A DNA stretch of 64,000 nucleotides from Bacteriovoracia bacterium (GTDB taxonomy: Bacteria > Bdellovibrionota > UBA1018 > CAIPTA01): assembly GCA_050246755.1 (NCBI GenBank), contig JBFWVL010000002.1, positions 272,544-336,543 on the forward strand. The letters are read 5' to 3'. The notes under the pieces are model-generated. The model searched no databases. It was not told where the DNA came from and saw nothing but the letters and a program-made list of their open reading frames with translations. Positions 54,584 through 64,000 of this stretch are shown here, in pieces (within the stretch, counting starts at the first letter, position 1; every line of letters starts with the position of its first letter). The position numbers were made by a program, and so were the translations under genes.

Positions 54584-56419
54584 CTACGGCAATGGATCGC
54601 CGGCGAGTTTACCCACCGGGCTAAATAGTAGCGGGAATGCCAGCAGCGAAGCTCCCGCCACTCCTGCCAAAGGCCAGCGCACGCAAACCGCCGCCAGTAC
54701 GGTCTGCAGAATTACCGCCTGCAGAAATTGCCGGCGAGCGTATTCTTGATAGGCGCGCCCCAGGCGGATAACGTGCCAGACGCTCGCCAGGTCCCAGCGG
54801 GCCGTCGTCACTTCTCCCCGTAATTTTGCGAAAGGGGTCACGATCTTGGGAAATTTGCCCGGCGGCAGGGGAGTGATTCCATTATCGAGCCAAAGTGGGC
54901 TCAGGCCATCGCTGCCGAGACGGCCCAGGAGCTCCTCGGCGGCCCCCGCGGCCGCTTCGCCCTGAAAATGCTCTACGCCCACTTCTTCGGCCAATGCCTG
55001 GAGGCTTTCTTTATGCACTTGGGAAAGTAAAACCACGGGCAACCCGGCCCGCGCGAGCGACTGAACGGCCTCGGCACTGGAAGCGCGGACCGAGTCCACA
55101 AAAGAAAATGCCGCCACCACCTTCGATTCCCGTAGCAGGAAATGAGCGCTAGCCCCCGGCCGCTTCATCTCTTGCGCGAGGAAGCTAGAAAATTTTGCGT
55201 AAGGGATTCCTTCCGTCACTAGCGTGGATTCATCGCAGAACCGGACTTCTTCTCCGGAAACCACGCCCGCGCCGCCGCCGGGAGCGGGAAAAAAAACATC
55301 CAGCAGCTCGAGGGGAATATTGCGCAAACGCATTTCTTTTAGAATGGAGTAGGCGGCGGGACTTTCTATCCGGCGCGCGAGCGGGGCGGCGAGCCGCAGG
55401 GCCCCTTCTTCCTCCAGCGCATCATCGGTGGCCACGCCCGAGAGACGAAGAACACCTTCCATCAGCGATCCTTCTGGGTCGGTAACCAGGGACTGAGCGG
55501 TGCTCACGGACCGCACGTCGGCCAAGGAACGCCACAATACGCCGGTGGCGGCGGAGCGGGCCACGAGCGCCAACCGCAACGCCCAACTGCTTCCACCGTA
55601 CAGGGTGCCGAGCGAGCTTAGCCAGACGCCGAGTAATACCGCGCCGCTATCTTCGATTGCGGCATGCATGGTCACCAAGAAAAGCAGCGCCAATATTTCC
55701 AACAAGAAATACCGGATATTCAAAAGCGGAAATTCAGGAAAACCGATCTGCAAGAAATTTGCTTTTCGCTGGAGAAACGTTTGATTCCCGGCGTGCGAAA
55801 CGCGGAACAGGAAGCTCGCGCTCTTGTTCTTGCTGCCGGCGTACACGCTTTTTCCCACGCCCTTCGCGGCCGGTTCCGGATCTCCGGTAAGCAAAAGCTC
55901 TTCGGTAAAGCCGGAGCCGAAAGATACCACACCATCGGCGGGAAGTATTTCTCCGGCCTGCACGCGCACGATATGATCCGGATGCAACGAGGAGGTCGGA
56001 GTATCCGTCTCGATGTCATTATCGATGAACAGCCGGCTATTAGCGGGAACCGTCGCCTTCAATTCCCTGGCAAACTCCTGATTAACGCCTTCTTTTTTCT
56101 CGGCCATTTCCAGGAGCACGAGACGAAACTGAAATGAAAAAATCACCAGCGGAACCCAGATCTTCCCGAGATGTGGCGGGAGCGGGCCTTCGAGCAAGAG
56201 CACGGCCAGGCCTAAAATGGAAAAACCTAGGATATAAAAAATCCGGCGAGGGCGCTGCGCGATCTGCCAGAAACTGATGGGCAGCGAAAAAAGAGATATG
56301 TATAAAGCGAGGGAATCGCGCTCGGCAAAAAAAGCCAAAAGGCAGCCGACGGCGGCCAGCGCCAATGCCGTACGGTCAAGCTTCGCCGCGAAGCTCATCT
56401 GCTTTTTCTCGTGATCCAC
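54584..56419 (-). CDS. Degenerate P1B-type (CopA-like) ATPase homologue, probably non-catalytic
   Basis: The A-domain block VRVQAGEILPADGVV...LLLTGDPEPAAKGVGKSVYAGS aligns by eye to CopA. However DKTGT reads DPEGS, CPC is absent, TGDN reads SQVH, and GDGxND reads LDNGIT. Confidence 0.7.
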   Translation of the reverse strand: MDHEKKQMSFAAKLDRTALALAAVGCLLAFFAERDSLALYISLFSLPISFWQIAQRPRRIFYILGFSILGLAVLLLEGPLPPHLGKIWVPLVIFSFQFRLVLLEMAEKKEGVNQEFARELKATVPANSRLFIDNDIETDTPTSSLHPDHIVRVQAGEILPADGVVSFGSGFTEELLLTGDPEPAAKGVGKSVYAGSKNKSASFLFRVSHAGNQTFLQRKANFLQIGFPEFPLLNIRYFLLEILALLFLVTMHAAIEDSGAVLLGVWLSSLGTLYGGSSWALRLALVARSAATGVLWRSLADVRSVSTAQSLVTDPEGSLMEGVLRLSGVATDDALEEEGALRLAAPLARRIESPAAYSILKEMRLRNIPLELLDVFFPAPGGGAGVVSGEEVRFCDESTLVTEGIPYAKFSSFLAQEMKRPGASAHFLLRESKVVAAFSFVDSVRASSAEAVQSLARAGLPVVLLSQVHKESLQALAEEVGVEHFQGEAAAGAAEELLGRLGSDGLSPLWLDNGITPLPPGKFPKIVTPFAKLRGEVTTARWDLASVWHVIRLGRAYQEYARRQFLQAVILQTVLAAVCVRWPLAGVAGASLLAFPLLFSPVGKLAGDPLP

Positions 56420-56439
56420 ATCGCCTATTAAGAATAGCG

Positions 56440-57405
56440 CTAGGTCGGGCTTTTCACAATGCGCACGCTGCGCTGGCTGCTCTGCCGGTTGAACTCCGCC
56501 ATTGCCAGCGCGGCGGCCACCGACACGTTAAGGCTCTCTACGTTACCCGTGCCCGGGATACGTAGCGATCTCTCCACCGTCGCGCGCACAAGGCCGGAAA
56601 CCCCATCTACCTCATTGCCAAAAACGAAAACGGCTTTCTCTGGCAGGCGCGTATCGTAAATAGAAGGATTGCTTTCCTTCGCATCGAACGTATAGGAAAT
56701 AAAATCACGCTGGTGCAGGCGGTCGAAAAATGTCTCGGCGTCTTCCACCTCCACGAGCGAAACGAACTCGGCGGCCCCTTCGGAGGTGCGATTAGCGGCG
56801 GGAGAAAGCCGGGAAAAAGATTCTTTCGGCAAAGCCACGTGCCGAATGCCGAAATGAGCGGCGCTGCGAAGAATGGCACCGAGATTATGCGGATTGCCCA
56901 CTCCATCGAGGTAGAGCAGGAGCGAGCGTCCGCCCATGATCTCGCGGAAAAAATCCTTTTCCTGCATCGTACGCTTCGCGGCGGCCACGATGCATACTCC
57001 CTGGTGATGAACCGAATCAGTGAGCCGCTCTAAATCACTTGCGTCCACCAGCTGATACGCTCTTTGCTCCTTCGCCATCGCGGTGAGCATTTCCGCGTAT
57101 TCCTCGGTTCTCGCTCGCTCCACGTAGACCCGAATGATATCCCGCGGACGATTTTTCCAGATTGCCACGCAGGCGTTCTTTCCGCAGAAACGGAGCTCGT
57201 CTTTATTGAGATGCTGAGGGCGAGAAGAAGGGCGTTCGCTATCGCGGCGGTACATGCCCCGCATCGGTTTCTCGAAGCGATTCAGCCGTTCCTGTTGGGG
57301 AACGCCCGCCGGACGCGATGCGGTTCCGGGAACGGGCTGGGAATCTTTTCCGCTGGGGCGGCGTGGTCGGTCGCGCCGCTTCGGAGGACCAGATTTATCG
57401 TTCAT
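56440..57405 (-). CDS. SpoU/TrmH-family RNA 2'-O-methyltransferase (RlmB-like) with basic N-terminal extension
   Basis: C-terminal SpoU motifs ([41 protein letters not shown]). The N-terminal ~70 aa are Arg/Pro/Ser-rich. Confidence 0.85.
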   Translation of the reverse strand: MNDKSGPPKRRDRPRRPSGKDSQPVPGTASRPAGVPQQERLNRFEKPMRGMYRRDSERPSSRPQHLNKDELRFCGKNACVAIWKNRPRDIIRVYVERARTEEYAEMLTAMAKEQRAYQLVDASDLERLTDSVHHQGVCIVAAAKRTMQEKDFFREIMGGRSLLLYLDGVGNPHNLGAILRSAAHFGIRHVALPKESFSRLSPAANRTSEGAAEFVSLVEVEDAETFFDRLHQRDFISYTFDAKESNPSIYDTRLPEKAVFVFGNEVDGVSGLVRATVERSLRIPGTGNVESLNVSVAAALAMAEFNRQSSQRSVRIVKSPT

Positions 57406-58142
57406 GATTTCTTCCCTTGGTTAGCTACGGCCGCTGCTGCGGCTTTCGCCTTGGCTTCGTCGCCCAAATAATAGTGACGGATGGGTTTCATGCTCTCGTC
57501 TAACTCATATACGAGCGGAATACCCGTGGGAATATTGAGCTCCATGATATCGGCCTGGCTAATTCCATCCAGGTGCATTACCAGCGCGCGGAGGCTGTTT
57601 CCGTGGGCCGCAATGAGAATTTTCTGGCCGCGCTTCACTTCCGGCGCGATGGTCTTTTCCCAATAGGGAAGCATGCGGTCCACCGTCTGCTTCAGCGCTT
57701 CGCCGGCGGGCAGGTCCTTTACGCCCTGGTAGCGGGGATCATGGCTGGGATGGCGTTCATCTTTGGTTTCCAGCAGCGGGGGCAATACGTCGAAGCTCCT
57801 GCGCCAAATATGAACCTGCTCGTCGCCGTATTTGGCGGCTGTTTCGGATTTATTAAGTCCCTGAAGCGCGCCGTAGTGGCGTTCGTTTAGGCGCCAGCTT
57901 TTTTCCACCGGTACCCAGAGCAGGTCCATCTGATCCTGTACGATCCAGAGAGTACGGAGCGCGCGCTTGAGCACCGAGGTATAGGCGCGGTCGAACGTCA
58001 GGCCCGCTTCCTTGAGCAGTTTCCCGGCTTCGGCGGCCTCTTCCTGGCCTTTTTCAGAAAGGTCCACGTCGGTCCAGCCCGTGAAGCGATTCTCTTTATT
58101 CCAGGTGCTTTCTCCATGCCGCAATAATACCAATTTATACAT
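57402..58142 (-). CDS. gpmA: 2,3-bisphosphoglycerate-dependent phosphoglycerate mutase
   Basis: [26 protein letters not shown] with the catalytic RHGE motif, and AHGNSLRAL. Confidence 0.95.
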   Translation of the reverse strand: MYKLVLLRHGESTWNKENRFTGWTDVDLSEKGQEEAAEAGKLLKEAGLTFDRAYTSVLKRALRTLWIVQDQMDLLWVPVEKSWRLNERHYGALQGLNKSETAAKYGDEQVHIWRRSFDVLPPLLETKDERHPSHDPRYQGVKDLPAGEALKQTVDRMLPYWEKTIAPEVKRGQKILIAAHGNSLRALVMHLDGISQADIMELNIPTGIPLVYELDESMKPIRHYYLGDEAKAKAAAAAVANQGKKS

Positions 58143-58152
58143 TTTCTTTACC

Positions 58153-59379
58153 TCACTGGGCGAAGGTTTTTTCTACTTCGCTTCTTACATTTTTGTCGTC
58201 GAACAAACGGTCGTGGCTCAACTCGCTGTAAATCACCTTCGCGTTTTTCGCCAGTAAAGCAGGCAACACCGAAGAGGTGAGGGGCACCGTTCCGTCGCCC
58301 GGTGCATACAGTTCTTTTTCGGGTAAATTTCTCTTGGCTGGCTTATCCGTATCGAAGATCAGCTCGCCGGAAGAGGGATCAAAAAACGCCGAGGTCAGTG
58401 TGTCCCGGTCTTTTCCTACCACGTTTATCACGCTCAGAGAGGCGGGAGGCAACGCGGTTTCGTGCACGAAATTTATCCGGTCGGCGAACTTTTTCGCCCT
58501 AGCCAGCTGCTCCACTGTAAATTTTACGCGGGCTAGGCGAATGCTCTCGGGAAGATCCCCACTACGCAATAGGCCCAGCTTATTTTTTTCCCAAAAATGA
58601 AAATCAGAAAGGTTCGCTGGTACCGGATTCTGGGCCAAATCTTTAAAGACGGCGGAAACCGGCATCACCGCGTAGGAAGCCGGGAAAGAAGCCACGGTTT
58701 CGGCGGGCAAGAGCTTACGGTTCCAGGGAAAATCCGCGCCTCGCTGCATATTGCGGAATACCGAGAAGCAACCCTGAAAAGGGGTGCCTAAAAAGATAAT
58801 GCGCTCTATTTTCTTGGCTCCCGCCCAGTTCAGCTTCGCGATTTCTCGCGGCTGGCTTCCGTAACCCAAATAATAGCTGGCCACCATTCCGCCCATACTA
58901 TGGGCCATAATCGTGATCTTGGAGACCCCCTTGGCCTGGAGGGCCTGCACCAGGGCCTCCAGCTGGTTTACCGCGAGGCTGAGATCCTTGCGCCAGTCGT
59001 AGGCCATCGGCACAACTTGCACTCCCGGCAACGACTGCGCGTATTTCACGAACTCGCCGTAAACGTCTACGTTATAAAAAATCGGCAGCACGGGAACTCC
59101 GCCGAAAAGGCCTTCTACTTCTAGCCGCGGGCCCGGCGGGGTAGCCAGCTCTTCCTGGAATAAACTGAGGGCGTTGCGGCCGAAAAGAATTTCCCGGGCC
59201 GAAAGGAATATTCGGCGCTGTGATTCCACATCGCGCAGCGTGCTGCCGTAGTAGCCGTGAATGAAAATCAGGGCCGGCCGGGAATCAAAGGTGGTTTGCT
59301 GCATAATCGAAGATTTCTCGGATCCACAGGCCAGCGCCACTAAGGCCACGATCACGATGAATATACGCGGGAGCTTCAT
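58153..59379 (-). CDS. Secreted alpha/beta-hydrolase, lipase/LCAT-like
   Basis: Signal peptide with a possible lipobox (ALVALACGS) and the nucleophile elbow IMAHSMGG. The general layout resembles LCAT/PGAP1-type lipases. Confidence 0.75.
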   Translation of the reverse strand: MKLPRIFIVIVALVALACGSEKSSIMQQTTFDSRPALIFIHGYYGSTLRDVESQRRIFLSAREILFGRNALSLFQEELATPPGPRLEVEGLFGGVPVLPIFYNVDVYGEFVKYAQSLPGVQVVPMAYDWRKDLSLAVNQLEALVQALQAKGVSKITIMAHSMGGMVASYYLGYGSQPREIAKLNWAGAKKIERIIFLGTPFQGCFSVFRNMQRGADFPWNRKLLPAETVASFPASYAVMPVSAVFKDLAQNPVPANLSDFHFWEKNKLGLLRSGDLPESIRLARVKFTVEQLARAKKFADRINFVHETALPPASLSVINVVGKDRDTLTSAFFDPSSGELIFDTDKPAKRNLPEKELYAPGDGTVPLTSSVLPALLAKNAKVIYSELSHDRLFDDKNVRSEVEKTFAQ

Positions 59380-60597
59380 TCACACACTTTCGAACGTGCG
59401 CTGGATAATTTGGCAACTCTCGCGTACCTGCACCTCGTTGATTACCAGCGGAGGCGCTAAGCGGATGATATGGTCATGCGTCGGCTTGGCGAGCAGGCCG
59501 TTTTCTTTTAATTTCAGGCAAAGATCCCAAGCCTTAACGGGCGCTTGAGGATCCACCACCACCGCGTTCATCAGGCCGCGGCCACGGACTTCCTGCACCC
59601 AGGGCTGTTTCACTTTTTTCATCTCCGAGCGGAATAGCTCGCCCATGCGCGCCGAATTTTCTGTGAGCTTCTCGTCTCGCAATACTTCGAGCGCCGCCAT
59701 GGCCACGCGGCAGGCTAGGGGATTTCCGCCGTAGGTGGAGCCATGCTCTCCCGGCTTTAAGTTCATCATCACTTCGTCGTCGCAGAGAACGGCCGAAACG
59801 GGCAGCACTCCGCCCGAGAGCGCTTTCCCGAGGATCAGGATATCGGGGCGCACGTTTTCGTGGTCGCAGGCGAGCAGCTTTCCGGTGCGACCGAGCCCGG
59901 TTTGCACTTCGTCGGCGATAAAGAGAACGTTATATTTTTCGCAGATCGCCTTGGCCTGGCGAAGGTAGCCTGCCGAGGGAATTACCACGCCGGCTTCTCC
60001 TTGAATCGGTTCCAGCATGAAAGCGGCTACGTTTTTGTCTTTACAGGCTTGTTCGAGCGCCTCGAGGTCGTCGTAGTTGATCACTTCGAAGCCCGGCATA
60101 TAGGGGCCAAAGCCGGCGTACGAGGATGGATCCGTGGACGAAGAAATCGCGGCGAGGGTTCTGCCCCAGAAATTTCCCTTCGCGAAGAGAATTTTTGCCT
60201 GCTTATCCGCGATGCCTTTTTTAACGTAGCCCCAGCGGCGGGCCAGCTTAATGGCAGTCTCTCCGCCTTCCACGCCGGTATTCATGGGCAAAACACGCTG
60301 GTAACCGAAATACGAGGTGATGAATTTCGCGTATTCTCCCAATACGTCATTATAAAACGCGCGAGAAGTGAGCGTAATACGTTGGGCTTGTTCGGTGAGC
60401 GCCGCGAGGATTTTGGGATGGCAATGGCCTTGATTCACCGCGGAGTAGGCGGCTAAGAAATCGAAGTATTTTTTTCCTTCGGGATCCCAGACGAAAATTC
60501 CTTCGCCGCGGGAAAGAACCACGGGAATGGGATGGTAATTATGGGCGCCGAATTTATCTTCGAGCGCGATGGCTTCTTGGCTGGAGACGGTTTTCAT
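59380..60597 (-). CDS. rocD: Ornithine--oxo-acid aminotransferase
   Basis: [19 protein letters not shown] and [11 protein letters not shown] are class-III aminotransferase motifs of the OAT type. I chose the ATG at 60597 over the ORF-track start at 60732. Confidence 0.88.
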   Translation of the reverse strand: MKTVSSQEAIALEDKFGAHNYHPIPVVLSRGEGIFVWDPEGKKYFDFLAAYSAVNQGHCHPKILAALTEQAQRITLTSRAFYNDVLGEYAKFITSYFGYQRVLPMNTGVEGGETAIKLARRWGYVKKGIADKQAKILFAKGNFWGRTLAAISSSTDPSSYAGFGPYMPGFEVINYDDLEALEQACKDKNVAAFMLEPIQGEAGVVIPSAGYLRQAKAICEKYNVLFIADEVQTGLGRTGKLLACDHENVRPDILILGKALSGGVLPVSAVLCDDEVMMNLKPGEHGSTYGGNPLACRVAMAALEVLRDEKLTENSARMGELFRSEMKKVKQPWVQEVRGRGLMNAVVVDPQAPVKAWDLCLKLKENGLLAKPTHDHIIRLAPPLVINEVQVRESCQIIQRTFESV

Positions 60598-60673
60598 CCC
60601 GGCAGCATAGCCTAGACGCGTCGAGTCAGTCCACGTTCCCCATGACCTCCCATAACGGGAAGCGAGGATAAAT

Positions 60674-60967
60674 TTAGAGAATATCCGCCTCTTCGAATTC
60701 ATCCAAAACAATGCGCGCGGGCGCTTTCTCATCGAAAAAGGCCATTACCTTATCCAGTACGGCTTTGCCCTGATCGTGGCCGCCGGCGCAAAGAGAAACC
60801 GCGAGGGTCCCTCGCTCGGGATTGGCCACCATGTGCTCTTCCACCACCACGCACGACACGTTGAATTCTTTGCGCACTTCTTTCGACAGGGAGCGAAGGG
60901 AGCGTGCCTTAAATTCTTCGTCTTCGTTGTTGAAGAACTCGAATACGATTTTGCCGTGGAATGCCAC
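60674..60967 (-). CDS. DUF503 (YlxP-like) protein
   Basis: [37 protein letters not shown] fits the DUF503 pattern. I propose the GTG start at 60967, because the ORF-track start at 61108 overlaps the ppsR-like gene. Confidence 0.6.
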   Translation of the reverse strand: MAFHGKIVFEFFNNEDEEFKARSLRSLSKEVRKEFNVSCVVVEEHMVANPERGTLAVSLCAGGHDQGKAVLDKVMAFFDEKAPARIVLDEFEEADIL

Positions 60968-60993
60968 CGGCTTATCTACCGAGCGGTGCTTAT

Positions 60994-61872
60994 TCAAGTT
61001 TGGGAACCCTGGGATTTGGCGGCGATCTTCTTGCGGTTCCCGATGATCCTGATCACCTCGGAAGCCGTCTCCTCGAGCGCTTTTCCGGAAACGTCGAATA
61101 CCGGCCACTTGCGATTCTGGCGGAAAAGGTCCGTGGCGTATTCGATATCGGCGAGCACATGTTCCATGCTCGCGTAGTTTTCGTTGCGGTGATCACGGGG
61201 ATCTTTACCTAGGCGATCGAGCCGCGCTTTGCGGATCGTATGCAGCACTTCGGCTTGAATGGTGAGGCAGATGATCTTGTTGGGATCTACCTGCTGCAAT
61301 TCGGGAGGCACGGGAATACCGCGCACGAGCGGAATATTTAGAACCTTATAGCCCTGCATCGAGAGGTACATGGAGAGCGGAGTCTTGGAGGTACGGGAAA
61401 TCCCGAGAATCACGATATCCGCTTCCTGGAGGCCGCTCAGGGTTTTCCCATCGTCGTGGTGGATCGTAAACTCCATAGCCGCGATCCGGCGGAAATACTG
61501 TTCGTCCACCACCCGGGTGAGGCCGGGCTGAGATTTTGGCTGCACCTCGAAGAAAAGCGCCATGGAGTTCAGCAAAGGCCCCAATAAATCGATGGCGGGA
61601 ATATTGTGCTTTTGGGCTAGTTCCTGGATGGATTTTCTCAGCTCGGGCGACACGAGGGTATAAACCACGAGATCGTGACGCGGAACCGCGTCTTCGAAAA
61701 TGGCCTCGATTTGCACTTGGGTGCGGATATTTTTATAGCGCGTGAAAGAAATCTCGCGATTCGAGAACTGCACCACGGCCGCTTTCGTCATGAGCGAGGC
61801 CGTTTCTCCGGTTCCATCCGAGATGATGATGATCTTGATGTCGTCCTGGTGGGGCTGGGAGTGTTCGGTCAT
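60994..61872 (-). CDS. ppsR: PEP synthase / PPDK regulatory protein (bifunctional kinase-pyrophosphorylase, DUF299)
   Basis: IIISDGTGETA and the P-loop-like GISRTSKTPLS motif. Confidence 0.9.
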   Translation of the reverse strand: MTEHSQPHQDDIKIIIISDGTGETASLMTKAAVVQFSNREISFTRYKNIRTQVQIEAIFEDAVPRHDLVVYTLVSPELRKSIQELAQKHNIPAIDLLGPLLNSMALFFEVQPKSQPGLTRVVDEQYFRRIAAMEFTIHHDDGKTLSGLQEADIVILGISRTSKTPLSMYLSMQGYKVLNIPLVRGIPVPPELQQVDPNKIICLTIQAEVLHTIRKARLDRLGKDPRDHRNENYASMEHVLADIEYATDLFRQNRKWPVFDVSGKALEETASEVIRIIGNRKKIAAKSQGSQT

Positions 61873-61946
61873 AGGGAAGATAGTAGTGTAGAAACGGTAA
61901 GGCGGCTAGGCTTAGCCCATTACGCGGCGTGTGATGGCGGAAGATT

Positions 61947-62156
61947 TTAGGCGATCACCTTGATCTGCTGGCCATTAAATGAAACTACCTGCCCAGCACG
62001 AATTTTTTTCCCGCGCCGGATTTCGAGCGCGCCGTCCACGGTAACCTGGCCGGAAACGATCACGGCCTTGGCGGCGCCGCCACTATCGCTCAGTCCGCTG
62101 GCCTTGAGCAGTGCTTGCAGGGTAATAAATTCTTCGCCTTCTAGTTTGAATTCCAT
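61947..62156 (-). CDS. S4-domain RNA-binding protein (YbcJ-like)
   Basis: 69 aa. ITLQALLKASGLSDSGGAAKAVI..GQVTVDG..E.RRGKKIRAGQVV is typical of YbcJ/S4_2. Confidence 0.8.
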   Translation of the reverse strand: MEFKLEGEEFITLQALLKASGLSDSGGAAKAVIVSGQVTVDGALEIRRGKKIRAGQVVSFNGQQIKVIA

Positions 62157-62176
62157 AATTCTTCTATCCTGGGCTC

Positions 62177-62482
62177 ATGCGCATCCGGCAAATGGGATTT
62201 TCTTCCAGACTCATAGCACACCGCCATCTCCTCACGCTCGAGACTTTGAAGTTCATCGTAGAATATTTGGAAGACGGGAACGCCAAAAGCGCTGCGATTC
62301 GCGCTGGTATTCCCGAAACCTACGCTACCCGGCAAGGAAACTGGCTCAAGAAGCTGCCAATCGTGAAAAAAGCCCTCGAAACCGATACTAACGAGCGCGA
62401 CCTCAAAAAGCTCCAGTCTGCGCTCGCCGTGATCGAAGAGAAAATGCGGGAATGTAAAGCGATTCTTGGGATGGACGCTTAA
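62177..62482 (+). CDS. Phage terminase small-subunit-like HTH protein (orphan, short)
   Basis: LTLETLKFIVEYLEDGNAKSAAIRAGIPETYATRQGNWLKK matches the N-terminal Terminase_2 pattern (LT..q..F..EYl.dgNa..AAirAGys...A...g..Ll) as I recall it. The start may be at 62192. Confidence 0.55.
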   Translation: MRIRQMGFSSRLIAHRHLLTLETLKFIVEYLEDGNAKSAAIRAGIPETYATRQGNWLKKLPIVKKALETDTNERDLKKLQSALAVIEEKMRECKAILGMDA

Positions 62483-62570
62483 GCAACCCAGCAGCGCGTT
62501 AACACCCAGTCATTTTCCACTAGGCAGGAAAAGCTTTGCTTCCACGTGGTCTCAATTTATATATCTCTGC

Positions 62571-63953
62571 ATGAAAAAACTCTTCATCTTCGCCTCCATT
62601 TTTAGCGCGCTCTCCGCCCAGGCAAGCCCTTCCGTTGCCAACGAAATAAATGCGGAAATCACGAAGCGGCTCCTTACCGTGATGAGCTCGAACGGATGCA
62701 GCGAGAGGATTTGGCCCGGATACTCCTGGGAAAATCTAACCGTAGTTTTTATCGGAGACGAAGTGCACCAGGCTTTTTCGGCCAAAGAGAAGCGCGTCTT
62801 CAGCGTCAGCTCCGACCAGCTTCCCTCGGCCGCCATAAAAACCGCCTACTTTTTCTTCAAACAGAAAGACGGAAGCGAGTGGATGTCCATCAATACGGCC
62901 CTGGACCTCAGCACCGGGCCCAAAAGAAATCCGGAAGAAGTGGCGAAAGACAACTTTCGCCTGGCGATCCACGAAGGGTTCCACTGGGTCGCCCAAAAAA
63001 ATTGGCATATCTACGAAGGAAACCGGGGCACGGAACTTCCCATTCGCTGGGAGCCTCGATTGTACCGTTCGATCATGTTCAGCCAGCTGAAAGCCGCTCT
63101 GGCCGAAAAAAACCAAACGGAAACGCAGCTGAGAAAAGCACGCTACTGGTACGACCGCTGGTCGAGCGAGTATCCCGATGAAGTGATCAGCACCGCCGAC
63201 GGATACGAAGGCTCGGCCCGTTACTCCGACTGGACTGGATACGCCCTTTCTGAACTAGGCTGCGATGCTTCCGAAGCGCAGCTGTCTGTGTTCGTGCAAT
63301 CCATCCTCGATTCGAATTACGGTTTTGCCATGAACGGCGATCTGTTTGCCTTCGACGTGGAAGGGTACGAATTGGGCAGCCTGGCGGCTTTTCTATTGCG
63401 CCGAGACTACGTAAACGACGATTGGCAGGAAAAATTATCCGAAGGACAAAGCCCGGTCGCCATCTTACTCGAAAAATTTAGCCCCGTTTTTTCCGAGCCG
63501 GACCTCGCCATGCAGCAGAAGTTTAAGGACTCGGGTAAAAAGTTTCAGGAAGAGGCGGATAAATTGGTCGGTCATGCTACGGCTTTGCTAGCGGCACACG
63601 GTACTGTCTTCGTCAGCATTCCCCGGTCTTGGTATCTAGGCAGTTTTTCTCCTCTGGGATTTTTTATCGATCGCGCCACTAATATACAGCTCGTACCGAT
63701 GGGAATGCCGCTTACTTTCACGAGCCCTAGCGGGACGTCGGCCATGAGATCGGAGCTCAATGCAGTTTTCCTGAGCAATCCCCAGGCGCCGTGCGGATCC
63801 CCATCGGACTGGCAATTCGCGGTCTCCGGCACAAAAATACACTTTTCTGAAACCGGCCAGGCCAGGCTCGAGGATTCTTTTTTTAGCGGCAATCTTTCCG
63901 GCGTCACCGCTCAAAGCGCAACGGGCGCGCAGTGGTTCTGTGCCGGCGAATAA
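62571..63953 (+). CDS. Hypothetical secreted protein with HExxH motif (putative metallopeptidase)
   Basis: The ATG at 62571 gives the signal peptide MKKLFIFASIFSALSAQA. HEGFH lies at 62970-62984 (LAIHEGFHWVAQ). Confidence 0.7.
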   Translation: MKKLFIFASIFSALSAQASPSVANEINAEITKRLLTVMSSNGCSERIWPGYSWENLTVVFIGDEVHQAFSAKEKRVFSVSSDQLPSAAIKTAYFFFKQKDGSEWMSINTALDLSTGPKRNPEEVAKDNFRLAIHEGFHWVAQKNWHIYEGNRGTELPIRWEPRLYRSIMFSQLKAALAEKNQTETQLRKARYWYDRWSSEYPDEVISTADGYEGSARYSDWTGYALSELGCDASEAQLSVFVQSILDSNYGFAMNGDLFAFDVEGYELGSLAAFLLRRDYVNDDWQEKLSEGQSPVAILLEKFSPVFSEPDLAMQQKFKDSGKKFQEEADKLVGHATALLAAHGTVFVSIPRSWYLGSFSPLGFFIDRATNIQLVPMGMPLTFTSPSGTSAMRSELNAVFLSNPQAPCGSPSDWQFAVSGTKIHFSETGQARLEDSFFSGNLSGVTAQSATGAQWFCAGE

Positions 63954-63981
63954 CTAAATCAGTTTTAGGCTTGATCTCAGC

Positions 63982-63999
63982 GCCGGAAGAAATTCCGGC
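63982..63999 (+). terminator. Hairpin GCCGGAA-GAAA-TTCCGGC at the window edge (possible terminator, truncated)
   Basis: 7-bp perfect stem with a GNRA loop, 28 nt after the stop. The downstream U-run cannot be seen because the window ends. Confidence 0.3.
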
Positions 64000-64000
64000 T

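Noticed and set aside
61947-62482. Two small adjacent ORFs (69 aa and 101 aa), considered as a toxin-antitoxin pair
   Set aside because: They are divergently transcribed rather than co-transcribed. Their sequences fit an S4 RNA-binding domain and a TerS-like HTH rather than known TA families.

Overview
This 64-kb chromosomal window comes from a moderately GC-rich Gram-negative (diderm) bacterium. GC was judged by eye, not computed. Diderm signs are a lipobox lipoprotein and a beta-barrel-like protein ending in Phe. The gene content is reminiscent of Bdellovibrionota/Myxococcota-type lineages, but the taxon cannot be fixed without a search.

I call about 62 protein-coding genes. They are very tightly packed, with many ATGA/GTGA/TGATG start-stop overlaps and convergent genes sharing CTAG stops. 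I saw no rRNA, tRNA, CRISPR array, transposase, integrase or obvious prophage.

Housekeeping anchors recognised from motifs:
- clpP-clpX, rpoZ, leuS, hppA (H+-PPase), pdxS-pdxT, gpmA
- ornithine aminotransferase, PpsR-type regulator, NDH-2, acyl-CoA desaturase
- SthA-like transhydrogenase, SlyD, Bcp, IVD-like acyl-CoA dehydrogenase
- UbiB/ABC1 kinase, Hsp20, SugE/Gdx, tRNA-dihydrouridine synthase

Between these sit many signal-peptide proteins that I cannot assign to a family. Best candidates for something undescribed:
1. A minus-strand operon at 48679-53755. It encodes a ~1171-aa secreted protein built from 12 tandem Cys-pair modules, whose signal peptide is only recovered with a non-canonical CTG start. 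An SMR (SugE-like) protein and an ATGA-coupled GT-B glycosyltransferase follow it.
2. A cluster at 20588-27040 of a beta-barrel OMP, an overlapping 755-aa lipoprotein with a canonical EF-hand loop, and an 883-aa Cys-containing helical secreted protein.
3. A CopA-like P1B-ATPase homologue in which DKTGT, CPC, TGE, TGDN and GDGxND are all degenerate.
4. Adjacent cryptic papain-like and transglutaminase-like secreted proteins.
5. An orphan phage TerS-like HTH gene.

All functional calls rest on motif recognition by eye. No database search was run.
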